A program made the translations under genes and the position numbers. 64,000 nucleotides of DNA, from positions 62,001 to 126,000 of the forward strand of contig NW_020843537.1 in the NCBI RefSeq assembly GCF_003704095.1. Direction: 5' to 3'. Positions 62,501 through 64,000 of this stretch are shown piece after piece. Position 1 is the first letter of the stretch, and each line of letters begins with the position of its first letter. The DNA is from Pocillopora damicornis (lineage: Eukaryota). The notes under the pieces are model-generated. The model was not told the origin of the DNA and did no database searches. It saw only the letters and a program-made list of their open reading frames with translations.

Positions 62501-64000
62501 CAGTGTGAATTCATGTTTTTTTTTTTTAAATAGTCTCAGTGGGAAAAATATGAATAATTACCTATAGAGTTCATATGTATTGCTCATTAAAGGAAGTTTT
62601 TATTGTGAAAATGGTGTGTTGATGAACCTTACATCTTAGAGTGTTCTGCAGCTGGTAGGGCAGAGGTGTTAAATTATTCATAACTTGTGTTGAAACTAAA
62701 TTAGATTGCTTTGAAGCCTTCCAAACTACATGTACATGCAGGGGTCACAGCGAAAACTCAGGATTTTTATCATGGAGGTGAAGTTTTCTTTGTCTGTTAG
62801 TCTCCTTTTTTCTTTTGTATATTGTTGCAATAACTGTTTAGCCCCCATGTTGAAGGAGACTGAGCCATTGTTCAGATTCATGGTGTTAAAGTGAAAGTAC
62901 AACTGTATTCAATTTCTTTTACTACAAAATAATGTGTTTTACTTGCAGACTTTATATAATCAGATTGTAGTTGTGTTTGACTGTGTGAAATTGTCAGAAT
63001 AAGTAGCAATTCAATCTCTTGCTTTAGTGTCTTGGGATTTTGATACAGGACTTCAATGGCTAAATTATTTTTTTTCAACATTTATGTGTATGTTTAGTTA
63101 AGGTATGAGATAAGTTTCACTTGTGGTTATTTTGTGGAAGCCAAATATTAACATTACATAGTTCACTCTGTTGGAAATGTTTAAAATTATGATAATTTGG
63201 CAGACACTAAAAAACAGAAGAAAATTTCAGGCCATTGTTCCCAAGCCAGTGTTTCATTAGTATGACCTACTTCCATTGTCTCCACTCAACCAGAGTACAA
63301 TCATATATTACAATTTCCTTTGACAATTTCTGATCCATATTGTTAAATTTTTTGATCAATGATTGATTTTAGAGAAAATCATTTTTAGAAACAAAGAACT
63401 GACAGAAATTTTGTATTTGGGTTAAAGTTTTGTGTCAGGCTAATTACTTTACTAGGTACCTTTGTGTTATGAAAGGGAACTTTTTACTTCAACTAAAGCT
63501 AATTTAGGGGCAGGTTGTTGCATGGTAGTCTACTAAACTGCATTAATAATGAATGTCACTGAGCAAGAATTTGTTTTTATATAGAAAGACCACAATAAGT
63601 TACTGATGAATTATTAATTAGGCTTAGGCACTTCTCAATGGAAGGCTTCCAAGTAATCTTTTCACAGTCTCTGTCCCACAGATATGTTTAATTCCATGAA
63701 ATCAGAGATTTGGAATGGAAAAATCCAGTTTGGAAAGTAACCATCAATAATCCTGAAAACAATGAATTGATTTAATGATCAAAAGAAAGAACTTCTAGCT
63801 ATGTTCCCTGAGATGTATTAAATAAAAAAATTTTTAATACAGGAGTTTTTATTGTTTTTTTTTTTTACCTCATATTGCTGTAGCTTTTCTCTTACCATAA
63901 AAATTTTTAATTTGTTGTGGACATACACCATTATGATGCTGTTTTTTGTTTGTTTGTTGTTTTTTTTTGTGATAGCTTAAATTTAGGTCATCCTTTATAT

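Noticed and set aside
57546-64000. Short ORFs such as 60354..60734
   Set aside because: AT-rich, no recognisable motifs or consistent splice chain; most likely intron

Overview
Eukaryotic, AT-rich, gappy draft scaffold with many 10-N, 100-N and larger gaps. The repeat content and gene style suggest a marine invertebrate, most likely a scleractinian coral (inference). Bases 1 to ~47.8 kb are dominated by a cluster of about 22 whole or partial copies of one intronless gene family that I cannot assign to any named family. Its protein is ~530 aa, with an acidic N-terminal region, ~10-11 hydrophobic segments and the strongly conserved motifs IYQEY, AMAWKRxRPS, FRPYQLxGVKxKL, HPGYSY, HGxAEVxERS, PWGSFRTPRRERLMAD, EWFFTSVSLAIETHYQNMAVMAVWRKRWKRH and a terminal CKMPF. 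The left part (1-32 kb) consists of recent, high-identity segmental duplicates, mostly tail-to-tail pairs, many pseudogenised or hit by LINE, SINE or Helitron insertions. The right part (34-48 kb) holds five more diverged head-to-tail copies: two complete, two with a single lesion and one cut by a gap. One Helitron remnant carries a 2A-like motif followed by a herpesvirus-tegument-type deubiquitinase-like domain; another carries a PIF1 helicase piece. Right of the cluster lie a six-exon HAUS2 gene (minus strand, missed by the ORF track), a divergent F-box/LRR gene, a palindrome-cored minisatellite and a probable first exon followed by intron-like DNA. Orientation and copy number across N-gaps are uncertain.
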